Part shown: one piece after another, positions 22,001 to 36,100 of the stretch
Layout of the letters: every line of letters starts with the position of its first letter
Position numbering within the stretch: position 1 is the first letter of the stretch
Assembly (NCBI GenBank): GCA_047495785.1
Contig: JBLDXI010000010.1
Span: 744,001-808,000, forward strand
Direction: 5' to 3'
DNA: 64,000 nucleotides
DNA from: Lepidodermella squamata
Lineage: Eukaryota > Animalia > Gastrotricha
Notes under the pieces: model-generated
The model's database searches: none
What the model was told of the DNA's origin: nothing
What the model saw: the letters and a program-made list of their open reading frames with translations, nothing else
Position numbers and translations under genes: made by a program

Positions 22001-25000
22001 GCCTGAGGCCTTTCGCAGAATGTCGCATCTTGGACGAGCCAAGGATTGTTATCGTTTAAGGCAACTTGTAGCCTAAAGTTGGCGTGACGAAGGACATAAT
22101 TGGGCTTGCTGACGGATTCGAAAGATGTGCAATTGCCTGTCAGGCCAGGTATCTTCTTCCACTGAAATTCGCTGTTCAATTCAGGATCTGGCTCGATGTT
22201 GCTAAATGCGAGATTGTCTTGAAGGCGAATAACGTTGCAGCTTGTGATTTGAAATACAGGCCGAATCACAAAAACATTGCACATGCTAGGCGGCTTGCAC
22301 AATTGATTCGAAGGAGCCTTACACGTACACGTGTTGGCACGAAGACATTGCTGGTTCGAACTTGTGCAGTTGTTACAGATGGCTATACGATATGTAAAAA
22401 GTTATCATTGGCTTGAAAACAATGGTTTTCATGTTGTCAAAGGGAGTATTATGATATGAATAAAAATAAAAATTGATATTGAATAGGTGAGGAATTTTGT
22501 GATCAGGGATTATTGCTTCGGTAACAGGGCAGTTTCCGTGTTTCATTAGTATAAATTTAGCGATTTCCATATTTCATCGAATGATAGCCAAGGCTATATT
22601 TTCTCCAAATTCGAAAAAATATTGAACAAAATCGGGAAAGTGCTCGAGGGGGCTTTTATTCGAGGGAGGCATTATTAACACTTTAACTGCCAAAATAGAC
22701 TGCGATCGAGATTTATTGGACCTTTTTTGCCGTCATTTCGCCCTACGACGCATCGCTGACCCGAAGTAAAAGAGATTTGGACAGACCCAGGATTAGGATC
22801 CAAATCTCGATCTCGTAGTCCATTCTGGCAGTTAAAGTGTTAAGCCAACCAAAGAAAATCATTTTCCATTTACTTTACGGGAATTAAAATGAAACATACG
22901 CGTCTCGCAGGTACTTCCCTTGTAATAGGTTGAACAACTGCACGTCTTGGTCAAGCCATTACATGTACCGCCATTCTGGCAACTTGGATTGCACAGGCCT
23001 GAGAAAAGGTTGAACAAACGATGATACCGAACATTGAGCATCTACTAAACACCATTTGGACTTACTGGTTTCGCAAAGGGAGCCGATGTAACCAGGCGGA
23101 CAGGTACATTCATTGAACCCTGTGCACGAACCGCCATTTTTACATGAAGAGTTGCATGCAACTGCGGAAAGGTATAGTGGTAAATCGAAATTAGAAATAA
23201 AAAAAATATGCACCAGTAAACAATCGGCACAAATTCTTAATGCTCAGTAACTGGCTGGTGTTTAGGCTCGACTTGTGAATGGACAGGCAAGAATAGCTCG
23301 AATATGAGGTTGAATCTGGTGGTCTGTAACAACATTTTTTGAAATGATGTGCATAATTTGATAGATCAATTCACCTAGCTCCTACTACAAATCGTGGGGC
23401 TGTCGATGGACTGTTGCCGAAACTCTTCTCGGAGGATAAAAAAGCGTCTTTGCAAAAGAATCGGCCTTTGTTCGAAGGCTTGTCATATACGAATGCCACG
23501 AACTGCCAGCCTTGTGAAATGACGCAAGGCGGCTCCCAGTTCTGATTATCCTTCTCAAAGTTCATCCAAATTAGGTTGTTGCTCATGTGTTCTAAGTGGA
23601 ATCCATAGTTGTTATCAGGCTGCGTAAACTGCAGCATGATAGTTCCCGGGTAACTTATCATTGCATAGAGAAAAATGGCAAATGTGTACGATGTTGTTGA
23701 GCCAAAATCCACTTTGTTGGAAGCGACCTCGAAAAACCTATTAACTACACCTCCATCCGGGCTTAAACCGGCCTGGAATCCGGTGTTTGGAACTCCATAA
23801 GGCCCAGTGACCCATTCAACGGCTGGTGTTGAGAATAGGCTGTTTACAGCTGTTACTGTCGAAACATCTCTGGCTCCATAATCAGAGGTGAGTGGCCAAA
23901 AGCCAACTAAATCGCTCAGTGAATTTACTGCGACTTGAAAGTTCGCTGATGCATTCAATGCTGGGGGTTTAGGTTGGCTTAACTAATGAAATTGATCCAG
24001 CTAAAACTTACCAATTCCACATCGCTCTCCAGTGAATCCACCTGGACAGTTGCAGAGATTGAAGCCGACGCAAGAACCTCCGTTTTGGCATTGTGGTGAA
24101 CATTGAACTATGAATAATCACATCGTTCTATTCAATTAGGCGCAAATTTTGAAAATTACTTTGAAAATATTGGCAGGCATCTTTGACTCGCAGCAATTGA
24201 CTTGTATCAAGAGCGTCGCCGTGATACGAGACGCAGGCAAATTTCGCTTTGGAACGCTCATTATCTTGCCGCCTGGAGAACAATTTTTCAAAATGAACTC
24301 AATAGGATAAATTTATGATAAAAATCCACAGACCTGAAGCCAATTTGCATGGTTGTGATATTTGTGAACCCAGAGGCCGACACTTGAAAAGCTCCGAAGG
24401 AATTGTTGCAAAACATGGAATAATTTTGCTTGACCGCATCATAAGTGGCAGCCACAAATTGCCATCCACCTCTCATTGCACACGGCATGGAGAAGAATGG
24501 TGGACCTAAGTATAACCGGTCTGTACCGGTATCCTGCCAAAGATGGGTCGCCCACACAGTATCTGGCCTACTCCATTCAACAAGTGGCATCCTGTTATCC
24601 GAAAGAATATGAACGAATAAAGCCACCGTCCAAGATGCTTTCAGGGCTAAACGGTCGTCGTCGAAGCCGATGTATTGATTTGACACCCCATCCGTACTGA
24701 ACGAACCATAAGAAGCTCCTAAGAGACCGGTGTTGAAGGAGGGAGCAAGACCGAACCAGCCATCCATTATAGACGGACTAGCATCTCTCGCCCGATAATC
24801 CGCCCCTAGAGGCCAGTAAGCCATCACGCTAGGTAATAGAGCTAACTTGGATTGGGCGAATAAATCAAGCTCAATTGCTGTTAAAAAACGACTGATGTTA
24901 TTTAGAATTATTTGATGAAAGGATCGCTCACCTGTCCCACAGGATTCGCCGGTGTACCCCACCGCACATTGGCATAAATTGTAGCCAACGCAGGATCCAC

Positions 25001-28000
25001 CATTGTAGCAGGGAATTCGGCATTCAACTATATAAAAAAATGCCAGCAATATTGTGAAACTGCTCAGAATAGGACATTACCAGTAAACATTCGACATAAA
25101 TCGCGAACTTCCCGCAACTCAGCAGCGGTCATTTCGTTGGTTATAATAGAAATGCAAGCCATGGACCCAGTATTTCCAATGTTAACTGACGCCGGGGCAT
25201 AAATTCCAATGTTCACAGAGTCGGATGTCAATGGAATTCCAGTTGGCTGGACGTAACCGCTCCACCAATCGTTGCATAGCGTTCGCAAGTTTTTCGTTGT
25301 TGAGTTATAAGTCGCGGCTATAAATGTCCACTTGTTGACGACCACACATTGCGAATTACTACCAACGCCGTCTGGAGCCATCGAGTTTATCCAAATTGTA
25401 TTTGATCCAGGAGGTGCGCGTGAGAAATGCATGCCGTAGGCAGCATTCGAGGTTGATGGCTTGACGAATTCGATGAAAACATCAAAATCGTTTTGGCTAG
25501 CCATGTTTACCCACATTGATATCGACCAAGACTTGGCGCCGATGTCAAGTTTCGCCGATTTCACTACGGCATATCGCCGGGGAGAGAGAGTCTTGTCGAA
25601 AGCCATTGCCGAAGCATCCCGCCCATATGGCCCGACTGCGAAGGCGTAATCCCTTGACATCATACCATCGATTTTATTGGCTGATGCGTCTCTCGAACCG
25701 TATTCATAGGTCAAAGGCCAATAGGCTACTAGGTCCGAGTAGACTGCCAATGTATCGCTTATAAGTTTCTTGTTGATTAGAACTAAAAATAAATGCTTCA
25801 AAGGTGGGTATTAGGTCTAGCTTCATACAGGGAGTCCGTAAAGTCGAGGCAATATAAATATGTAGCATAGTACATTACATAGCAAGGGAAAAATCGATAA
25901 TCTTGTTTTTTTCATCGATCGTGATATAATAATAATATGACTGTGAGAAAGACAGAGGCACTGAGCACTGCATGGCCGATCAGAGAATCCACTGTCATAG
26001 CGGAACGTACTGCTCAGAATACAACAGAAGCAAAAAATGAAGGGACGAAAAAGACGTTTTTTCTTGCGTTTTCTTCAATACTCTCCCCATTCCGTATGAA
26101 TTTGCGGAATGAAAGATGCGCGCATAAGAATTTCTAAGCGTATGTAATCCTAGTGCGCACGCGAGAAAAAATATATGAATTAACCTCAAGAAACGACCAT
26201 ATACACATACTTTTATCAAAAACGCATTGCTGCGATTTTCTTCTTGTCTATAAAAGATGACAGAGAGGTAGCTTCTAGAGCTTCCAGGCTTGATTGTTCC
26301 GGTCAGTCTTTGTTGGACCACAATCGTGGATAAATAAGGATTGTGGTCACATGGACAGTAGGCTTCTGCTGTCGTTCGTGGATCGCTTCCTATTCGAAAA
26401 CTTCAGCTTATTGCTCTGACTCCCTAACCAGTTTGATCTCTATCGCTAAAATTATCAAGTTCAAGGACGCAAGGACAGTGAGAGTTAGGACGCATCTCCG
26501 GCAGGTTGGGTGTAGTACTCAAAGTCTGCCCTGCGGGGAGGGATTCAGGGTCATGGCGCGAGAATCAGCATATTTTAGGATATTTTCAGCCAAAATTACG
26601 GTAAAATACCGTTAGCTAAAGCTCGCTTCGCTCACAGGTGTAGCTAAACTCACGCTTTCTGGAGTCTAATGTGAAATGCTTGAACGATTTTTTCTAATTA
26701 TTGGCTAATGAGAACATAAGAAGAACAACATTTTTACGTGAATCCAAGTTGTGACCCGTGGGGAATAGGAATAGGGCGGAAATAGCACTTTTAGCAGAGA
26801 GCGAAGTACCACCAGGGATGGTAGGAGTCATTCCTACCGGTTCAATCGGTTCGCAAAGTCGAAGACCAATGATTTTGAACATCTTAGCCACTTCTGCTGT
26901 CCTACTTCGCTCTCAGGTTGAAGGAAGCAACCTTTTTACCTCAGTAAATCCGCTTTGGAAGATAAATTCCGATAATTCCTGCTGCAAGAGTAGTTGGACG
27001 AGTCTAACACGACGGAGCGAACGAACAATTCATACAAATTGGTGGTTTCAAGGTCGAATACGCTAAATAAATGAAAACCCACCGGCGGGATTTTGAAATC
27101 CTACGGTGCTCGGCCAGATTACTCCGCGAGTAATCTTTCTGAGAATTTTCAACCCGTTTCACCGTGCATTTAATTATTATTTCAATGAAAACCAGTCCTG
27201 GGTGAACAATTGCCCACAGGACACACAATTTTCCGATGCCATTTGTTCAGCGAATGAAATATCAAGAATTCCCACGGTAAATAGCCGCATCCTTCATTGC
27301 AGAGGAAAACAAGCCAATAAACGCGGGTATTTGCCGCATTGAATTTCGGGAAACTGCGTTAAGTTGTTGCAAAAGCTACGTATTCCAGTTCAAAAAGAAT
27401 AAATTAACATTTTACCCACCATACTCCTTATTATTATATCCTAATCCATACAAAAGACGCCTTATCGATTTTTTCAGCGCGCTTGTTTTTTTAGCAAAAT
27501 ATGCAGAAATGTTCTAAAGCGCTGCACGAAATTTCGAGGTAAAAACCTGGCCCCTTTGCGAACCGCACGGTAGAATTCCCGTTACAAGGAGATAAATGTT
27601 CTTTGTAGTATTTCTTATACTTTCACCGAAGGAAATCTGAAAATACACGGTGAAAGTAACGGACGAAACCAATTTTCATGACTTCACCAGCTATTTCCAT
27701 TAGGTTTGAAAGTATTTCTGTGATCATCAGGTGTGTTCACGGTAAAAATCGTTTAAACTTGGCACTTGGCCATCCACGAAGATGAGATGCAACAAATGAG
27801 TTGACCGTGTACAATTAATTAATTCAAAGTGGAACGCTTCGAACCAAGTGGTATTTGGGACAAAAACTCATTCCATCCGACATTAGATGTCTTCTTTAAT
27901 CAACTTTTAAAATTTTCTTCGGTGAAAATGTTAAGCTTATTAACAAAATCACTTTGGCTACAAAAAAGAATGAATCTACCGTCATGACTAGAATGATATC

Positions 28001-30039
28001 GCTGTTTTCCGGTGAGAATTCGGTAAAAGCAACCTGGTTTTTCATGGTGTTCGCCTGGTTCGTACTTACATTATTATTATTATACGGTCCAGAAAAAATG
28101 CTAGATTATCGATTTTTCCCTTGCTATATAATGTACTATGCAATATATTTATATTGCCTCTATGACTTTACGGACTCCCTGTAGCTTACAAGTGTCGCAT
28201 CTTGGAGGTGCCAACGGTGCGGGGCACTTGCAGATATTCACCCCGACACAAGTACCGCCATTTTTGCAGTAGCCAGCAGAACAGGATACTAGGAAACACT
28301 TCCCGTTCGTTTTTCAAATAATCAAGAGATCTATATCTTACCTGTGAAAAGCTTACATAGTTCCCTGGCTTGCAGCATCTCATTTGGATTCAGCGACTTT
28401 GAGTAAACTGAAACGCAGGCCATTTTGCCATCAAAATAATTTGTAGTTCCGATCGCGCTGAAAGTTAACACATCTTAAGATATAGCTCAGTAATCAGGAT
28501 TTTACTCACCTCTTTCCAATATATAATGTATCTGACGTTATAGGTAGTCCAGCTGAAGGACCATATGTCGTGGATATGAATGATTCATCGCAGAAGTATT
28601 GCAGCAATTTCGTGATATTATTCCAAGTTACAGCAACGAATGTCCACTTATTACTAACCGCACAATTTACTTCAAGACCAGCGGGATTCCTGGTATTGAA
28701 CCAAAGAGTATTGATATCTTGATGATACCAGAGATGCATTCCCCAGTCAGCCCCGGGCATAGTCGGGTGCAGAAATTCCAAAAGAGGATGTTGAACAGTT
28801 GCTGCATTCATCCACAACGAAAGCGTCCAAGAAGAGGTGTTGAAGTTCAGCAATCCCGAGGTTGCGATAATATAGCTCGAAGCAGTCAGACCGCTCAAAG
28901 ATGAAGCCACCTTGTTATCGAACGGACCAATGTCGTAGGTCAAATACATTGTAGGTTTTCCGTGGATTTTGTTCGGGGAAACATCCGTCGCACCGTATTC
29001 GCTATTCAGAGGCCAGTATGCCACCAATCCTGACATTTCACTCACTTTCGAGGCGATTATATCTTTATCGGTAGCGACTGTTTTGATCAAATTAAATCAA
29101 GGATCGCTGGTTTCCTGTTTGCAACTTACTCAACTCGCATAGCGCCCCAGCATATCCAGCTGGGCAGTCACAGACGTTTTTAGCAGCGCATGTTCCACCA
29201 TTTTTGCATTGAGTTTGGCAATCGGCTAGGATAAATTCAAAAATAGCTCAAGTCATTATTTTGAAATCACTTACGAGTGAAAAGTTGGCAAGTCGCTTTG
29301 AGCGCTATGAATTGAGCGTCACTCAACGTTGCTTTATGCAGCGAAACGCAAGCAAATTTGGCAACAGAAGCGTTGTAGCCGGCGCTTTTTTTATAAATAG
29401 AATAGATATTAGATGCAATCAAAGCTGAGGCTCATCAATAGGTTACCGATAGCCGAACCCCAACGTGTCGGACACAACTGGAGGGGTAGGAGACGACCAT
29501 GTAGGCCCCGAAACGGTACTGCAAAAAACATTTATCTTTGCAGCCCCCGAGTCGTAGGTGAATCCAACAAAAGTCCACGTATTATTCATTGCGCATGGCG
29601 TCCAACCACCCGCATGATTGGCGTTGGCGAACAACCTATCGACAGCATCGTACTGCCACATGTGCGTCTTCTGCGGGAAATATTCGAGCAAGGGCATGAC
29701 GCCATTAATCTCAGTCTTGACCCAAGCCGCAAAACTCCACGAAGAGCTGCCGACATTCAAAACTGATGACTGCACTGTAACCCAATGCTGATTCGGGTAG
29801 TCAACTTGAATAGCTGAGCTGGCTGGACCGAAAGGACCTTGCCCGAAGATCGAAGGTTCCATGTTCGAAACTCCGTTGGCTACTTCAAGGGCATCTCGCG
29901 CCTTGTAATAACTCGTCAGGGGCCAATATGCAACTGTACCAGGCTGGAGCCGAAGCTGGTATTGAATGTAACCAGTATCATAATCGACGCTGAATACTCC
30001 GCAGAGGATCGCGGAAAACAAGAACAAGGTTGAACGCAT
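19086..30039 (-). CDS. Multi-exon LamG-EGF-AbfB-ShK-sushi-TM protein, copy B
   Basis: ATG at 30039 (MRSTLFLFSAILCGVFS); exon-by-exon colinear with copy A. The transposon insertions fall in introns, and no frame disruption was seen in the exons inspected. Confidence 0.85.
22679..22839. mobile_element. piggyBac-like MITE (161 bp)
   Basis: TTAA on both sides (22675-22678, 22840-22843). TIR CACTTTAACTGCCA(A/G)AAT(A/G)GACT...GATCGAGATTT. Lies in an intron of copy B. Confidence 0.8.
25828..28181. mobile_element. Non-autonomous Tc1/mariner-type TIR element (2354 bp)
   Basis: ~76 bp imperfect TIRs starting CAGGGAGTCCGTAAAGTC, with a TA duplication. The empty site cttcaTAgcttac is intact in copies A (~10795) and C (~39915). 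No transposase ORF recognised. Confidence 0.88.
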
Positions 30040-31950
30040 CTTAAAGCGCGAAGGTTGGTGAGGATAAAGTCTTACTATGATGATCTATGAAGTGTCTTAA
30101 GCGTATCTCATTAATTGTTTACTACCTATGAATTATCAACAAGCCGTGGCTGTTGGGTCGATATAAAATTTCCATTTTATTTATAACAGACATTAGCTAT
30201 ATCTGAACGATCGCATAACATTTCTCAACTGTGTGATCACTGACAAAATACAGATCGGTCTATGGCTCATATACGGAAATGATAGCCTTGGTTCGTATTT
30301 AATCCAACTCATATTCTTCAGTTTACTCAACTTCTTGGCAAGAGAGTTGGAGAATCAGGTTAAGTCTCCGCCAAACTTTAGTATGAACGTCATCTCAGAT
30401 ATTATGCAGATCGATTCTGCTCTCGTTCATGCCTAGGTAGCGTCGCGTTTTAGCAGCCAAAGCATCATCGATTCTCAGACAACCACTGACAAACGCATAG
30501 TGGCCATTGCCGCTAAGGTCTATTATGTCTGTTACTTATTGTCTGCTATTTATTAAAAATAGTGCGCATATCGACAAAAACTGGAATTGGCCAGATGGAA
30601 AACGGCAAAGTTCAAATTACTTGTACGTAAGTACTAATTTGGAATTCTTATCTACTTTTGCTAACATTTTGTCCGCACGCTAGTGCATTTCTGGCAAAGA
30701 CCTAGCGCTTTATCAGACTGATTCATGCCAGTTTGTAAAGAAAGAGATTTTCAGGCGTTGTTCAGCCCTGTTTTTTTGCGGAAAATTTAAATTTTTGCGG
30801 AACGATTCAGGCCCTCACCTCGTACTTAGCTTCGCTCATGTATTGAAATCGTCCCAATCCTGACTGCGCCTAAAATATTCGTGCAAAAGAACTCAAGAAA
30901 TTATATCATTATCATATTATTGCTGTATAGCCGTAGTAGTATTGAGTGTTGAACGAAATGAAATGTATCTCGATATTGCAATCGGGTAAGAAAATTGTTT
31001 GTGAGACTTAGGTCGTTTCATTGGGTTTCATTTGTGGATAATTGAAAATATGTGTGTTCGAAATGTTCTGCATTTGATACTGAAGTAAGACAGGTACTTG
31101 CGTATTTTTGCTCATTTTAACCAAGTTAGGAATCTTTAAGGTGACTCAAACCTTAACTCTTGATATCCTTACTGACGATCGAATTCAGAACTTGCAAAAA
31201 AACGTTCTGCATAGAAAATGAAGGCGGACACCCTGAATCTGATGGCCTATTCAGAATTTTCGTAGCCATCATAGATTCCAAGTTGCGTTTAGCGCCCACT
31301 CAGTTGAGTAGCAATAAATCGGTCTCTCATTTCAAGAGGTTGCTGTTGGTTCAACCGAATCAACGTATTTTTCTATTCTTAATTTCTCACGATTACTCCA
31401 GCATTACTAAGGTATGGGATAGATTTATGGCTGCTTCTACCCTGGTCTCAAAAGGGACGAGTATGAACAGAGTGCCGCCAATGAGCAACGAGTTTGAACA
31501 GTACGGTTCACGCCTGGCTCACCTTGAGCTAATGATAAAAAGCACCCATCAGTTGATCCAAGAAATCTCCACATGTGAGAGAAAAAGGCCTCTACTGTGA
31601 CAGCAGGCCCTTGTCGAATTCCAAGCGATCAAGAAGACCGACAAGGTCAACAAATTCGTCAACACAGCGGAGATCACTGCTACAAGACCCTGATTGCCCA
31701 TAAGAAATTGGAAACGAAATTTGTCGAAGATTTTATCACTTTGTTCGAAAGTTCCCAGCCGAGCTCGAATCTCGTGACACTACTGACTGCACCATCCCGT
31801 CGAGCCTCGATGCATGGTGCACCCTCAACAAATACCAGAAATCATCGATCTGCCTAAATCTAGTGGTAAAGAAGACCAAGGCGAACCTGTCGAGCAAAGT
31901 GCGCAACCAGAGCTAGGAGCTCGGAGGAATCCTGCCGAGGAGAAGGCTAA

Positions 31951-32573
31951 AGCTGGGTTCACGGACCAGCGATTTGTCGCGCGCGACAGTCGCGCACTTG
32001 TTCACGGACTCGGCGGTGTCGCGCGTATCGCGGGTGTCGCATCAGTGTTGCGCGCGACAAAACGCTAGGGTGTTCACGGACTCAACGACGCGACAGGCGC
32101 GCGAACAATAGGGCTGGACGGCCGTTGCGTAACAGCGAGCGATAGAAAGAACAATTGATTTTGTCGCGTGTCGCGTCGCGAGGGGGAAAATCGCCTATTT
32201 TGGGCGCGATAACGCGACAACGCGACAAGTTGGAGGCAAGTAGGCAAAAACAATAATAATAAACCGCCCGCCCGCACAAGATCAAATGCCAACCACGCGA
32301 AACACAGGTTTATTCGGACTCGATACTAGGTGTATAGGCTTTGATTTATTTATTCGCGCGAAAAACCAATTATTTGGAGCAATTTTTCCTAATTTTATTC
32401 CGCTTTTACCCGGAATCGCGCGACCGACGGTTGGGGGTCGGACGGCGCCCGGAGTTGAGCCACAGCAACAGTTTGTCGCGCGCGACAGAATTTTCAAGCG
32501 TGACTATCTGTGTGTCGCGTCGCTGTTTTCGTGCGACACTTGTCGCGCAGTCGCAGAGTCCGTGAGCCTAGCT
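31951..32573. mobile_element. PIF/Harbinger-like MITE (623 bp)
   Basis: TAA flanks (31948-31950, 32574-32576). TIR AGCT(G/A)GG(T/C)TCACGGAC. Many internal TGTCGCG/CGCGACA motifs. Confidence 0.75.
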
Positions 32574-32679
32574 TAAACATCCTTGCTGAGCTGCTGAGTG
32601 TATTGTTACCCAAGGATGAAATAGGTAATTATGAAATAGATAAAAGAATTGAATCTCAGACCTCTAATTATGGAAAAAA

Positions 32680-32913
32680 TTGACAGAGCTCTTGCAACAA
32701 ATGCTCACTCGTCCACCAAATAATGATTATAGGCATGGCCGTTTCAATCAACTAACCGACGAAAAGCTAATAGTGCTCGCTGTTTTTTGTATAACCTTTA
32801 ATATCGGTATAATGTGTTTAAATGAAACTTTTTTGAAACCCGGTAAGTCATTGCCTTTTAAAGGTTACAAAATCTTTAGAGCTGATCGACCAGGTACTTC
32901 ACTTTTCTGCTGA
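32680..32913 (+). mobile_element. Decayed non-LTR retrotransposon (LINE) AP-endonuclease N-terminal fragment
   Basis: NIGIMCLNETFLKPGKSLPFKGYKIFRADR matches the LINE APE pattern (I.CL.ET.L...GY...R.DR). Broken ORF-like sequence at ~31430-31950 may be its ORF1. Confidence 0.65.
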
Positions 32914-33180
32914 CTCATAACAGATGCTGCTGCACAAAAACAGCAGAAAAAGAACCAACATTGCCAGTAAAATTTGCCAGCGAATCAATTAAGCGCAAAT
33001 TGGTGCCTTATTAAGCGTTGCAATACAGTAAGTTATTGTTAATAAACCAAAACTATCTAAAATCCCATTTGATAAAATAAGGTTTTGAAGACACAAAGAA
33101 TCTTTAGCCATATAATCATTTATCATTATCTCGCCGGCTCACAAAATTATCATCCGAATACAGGTCTTGACACTCATTTC

Positions 33181-36100
33181 TCAATCGGAATATACGGGCA
33201 CGATTTCTGTCTCCGGTATGTCCATCCCGGCTTCAACATGTGCTTTTTGGCTTCGAGATACATCGCTCGACAATGGCCTTGATGACCCGGCATTCAAAAG
33301 GTTTGCAACCAGCTGACCCTCAGTCACCCGATTACCGAGAAATCCCGCAGTCGCTAATTTCTTAGCCTCTTTCACATCCTCGATATGCTTCAGGTAATTC
33401 TCCGCTGCTTGTTTGTTTCGTAATTTCGCCCTCAATTGATGCAACTGCCTCACTCGCCCAGCATCGCGTAGTCGTTTCAGAAAGTGGTTGAAGTTGTGAC
33501 GCAGACGAGCCATGTCTCGGGCAAGTGTCATATAGTCCAAACACACTACTATTCCCATAAAGAAGCCGCAAATCGACAAGACCATGGAGGCAGTAGCAAC
33601 AGCAGTCTCCGATTCATAGGCGACGACTTTCAAAGGTTTCGGAGCACTTAAAAGAGCATTCTGAGAGCAAAACAGTGGCTGCTTGTCCCATGTTGAATTC
33701 TCATTGCATCGCCAGTTCGCATATGTGCTTGTTTGATTCTTGCTCGGCTCGTAACCTTGATTCCAATCACATTCGAATGAAATTATTTGGTCGTAAACGA
33801 TTGTTTCGATTTCAGACGAAGAATTCAAAATTCGATAACTTGCAATTTCGAATGTCGCTGGGATTTCGCAGCTTACCACTGAAAAAATTGCATTTCTCCT
33901 CAAATGATATTTCCGATTAAAACGCTTACGTAAACAAGCTAATGAATTGGTGGACCATACACCTGAATCCAAGCAGGTATTTACCACAAATGGCATAGGC
34001 GTCGACTCAGTACCAGGTTCGACGTACAAGCTGTTTGCTCCCTTTACACATCTCATGGTTACTTGATCGCCGAACATATAAGTACCAGGCTTTGTGCCTT
34101 CAAGGATCGCATTCTGCTCGGTGATCGGGTTCCCGCAAGTAACAACTGGTAAAGGTAAAAGAAGACGTGTTTAAATTACAGAATCATCAGCTCAGTCAGT
34201 ACCTGTGCACTGCGGCTGTTCTATAGGCGTCCATGTTCCGTTTTTCTGGCAAACTTTGACGAAATAATCAATATCGACACTTGGCTTGAAGCCCTTCAAA
34301 CACGTAAATGACGCCACTCCACCCGTAAAGTTACCAGACACGTTGTGGTAGGTGTTTACGCCCTCAACAAAGCCTTTGCATGTTGGCACTGTGAATTATT
34401 AATAAGGAGTTTCCACTCATCAAAGATTAAATGATTACATTGGCATTGAGGGGTTCCATCGACCCAAGACCAGCCAGTTGGAGGCTTGAAGCTACAATAA
34501 GCCTCTCCACTTCTAGATCCAGTCATGTTGAAACCAGAATTGCATGTGTACTTCACTCGATCTCCCATTCGATAGAAATCGCTCGTGAAATTAACGTAGG
34601 TCGCAGCTGCTAAGCTGGGAGGATCCGGACACACGGCTGATAAACACTTTGGCTTGTTCGCGTTAACTTGAAACCAGTTCCCAGTTGCTGTGTTTGGATT
34701 GAACGGGTCGCATATGTGCATGGCCGTGTCTGAGGCTGATGCTGCTTTGAAACCAGCATCGCATGTCATTAGGGCAGATTGCATGTAACCAGCCATTCCT
34801 TTGAAAGATGACAACGGGGGTGCAGTCAACGTCCAGCTTGAGTTGGGTGCGAGTTCTATGCCGAGGGGTACACTGGAGCAGTTGTTTAGAGGGTCTAGTT
34901 TAAAAGAATATTTAGAGTGAGCTCAGCATTTGAAAAATTGTCACAGACTTAATCTTCGGCCACAAGTGTAGAAACAACTAGCTTGAGCTTGCCCACTTGG
35001 GTCATTCTCGCAGGCCCCAGTGGAGGCCCAATCGCCACAGGTGCAGTTGTAATCAACTGGCAATCGCGGGTCGACATCACACTCGCAAGTTGCGTAAGCT
35101 GTGCAGCTGGATTGGCACGATGGCCACATGAATCCCGCGTTTGATAGGCACTGGCCTTGATCTTTCCAAGTTTTGCATGAAGGGCCTATGTCAGCTTTGA
35201 CTTTCAAGCATAATGACTGACTTGAAAGCGGCAAGCACATGTTCGAGCCCAAACAGCTAGCTGCAGCAGGACAAGCCGGTACGCAGACGTCTTTTAGAAA
35301 AAGATGAGGTTTGAATTACTTTATTTGAAGCCTCGACTTACTATCATCGCATTTTGAACCACCGTAGAAAGCAGGGCATTTGCAGGTGTTATTTGCTATG
35401 CACGTTCCACCGTTGCTACAATCAGGAATGCAGATGGCTACAGGGGATTACATATTTGATATAACCAGCTGGAAAAAGAGCTAGAAAACAAACGCGTCTC
35501 ACAAGTGCTGCCGTTATAATAAGTTGTGCAAATGCAGGTTTTAGTTGAGCTGTCGCAGGTGCCACCGTTCTGGCAACTCGGATCGCAAAGATCTGAAAAA
35601 GCCATTTTCGAACCAGTCTAAAATATTTGCTAACTTGCGACCTACCCAAACCCGTTTCATTGAAGGTTGAACGTAACGTGAAATCCTTTGAACTGTCATT
35701 CTGGCGCAGGAAAATTTCGTTGTTCGAATCGACATGAATGAAGAACCCTTGGAAGTTGACAGCCTCGTAAGCCACCCCGGATGCCTGGGGCCTTTCGCAG
35801 AATGTCGCATCCTGAGCGAGCCAAGGATTGTTATCGTTAAACGTAACCTGTAGCCTAAAGGCGGTGTGACGAAGGACAAAATTGGGCTTGCTGACGGATT
35901 CGAAAGATGTGCAATTCCCTGTCAGGCCAGGTATCTTCTTCCACTGAAATTCGCTGTTCAACTCAGGATCTGGCTCGTCGTGGCTAAATGCGAAGTTGTT
36001 TTGAAGGTGAAGGACGTTGCAGCTCACGATTTGAAATACAGGCCGAATCACTAGGATGTTACACTTCCTAGGCGGCTTGCATTGATTCGAAGGAGCCTTG

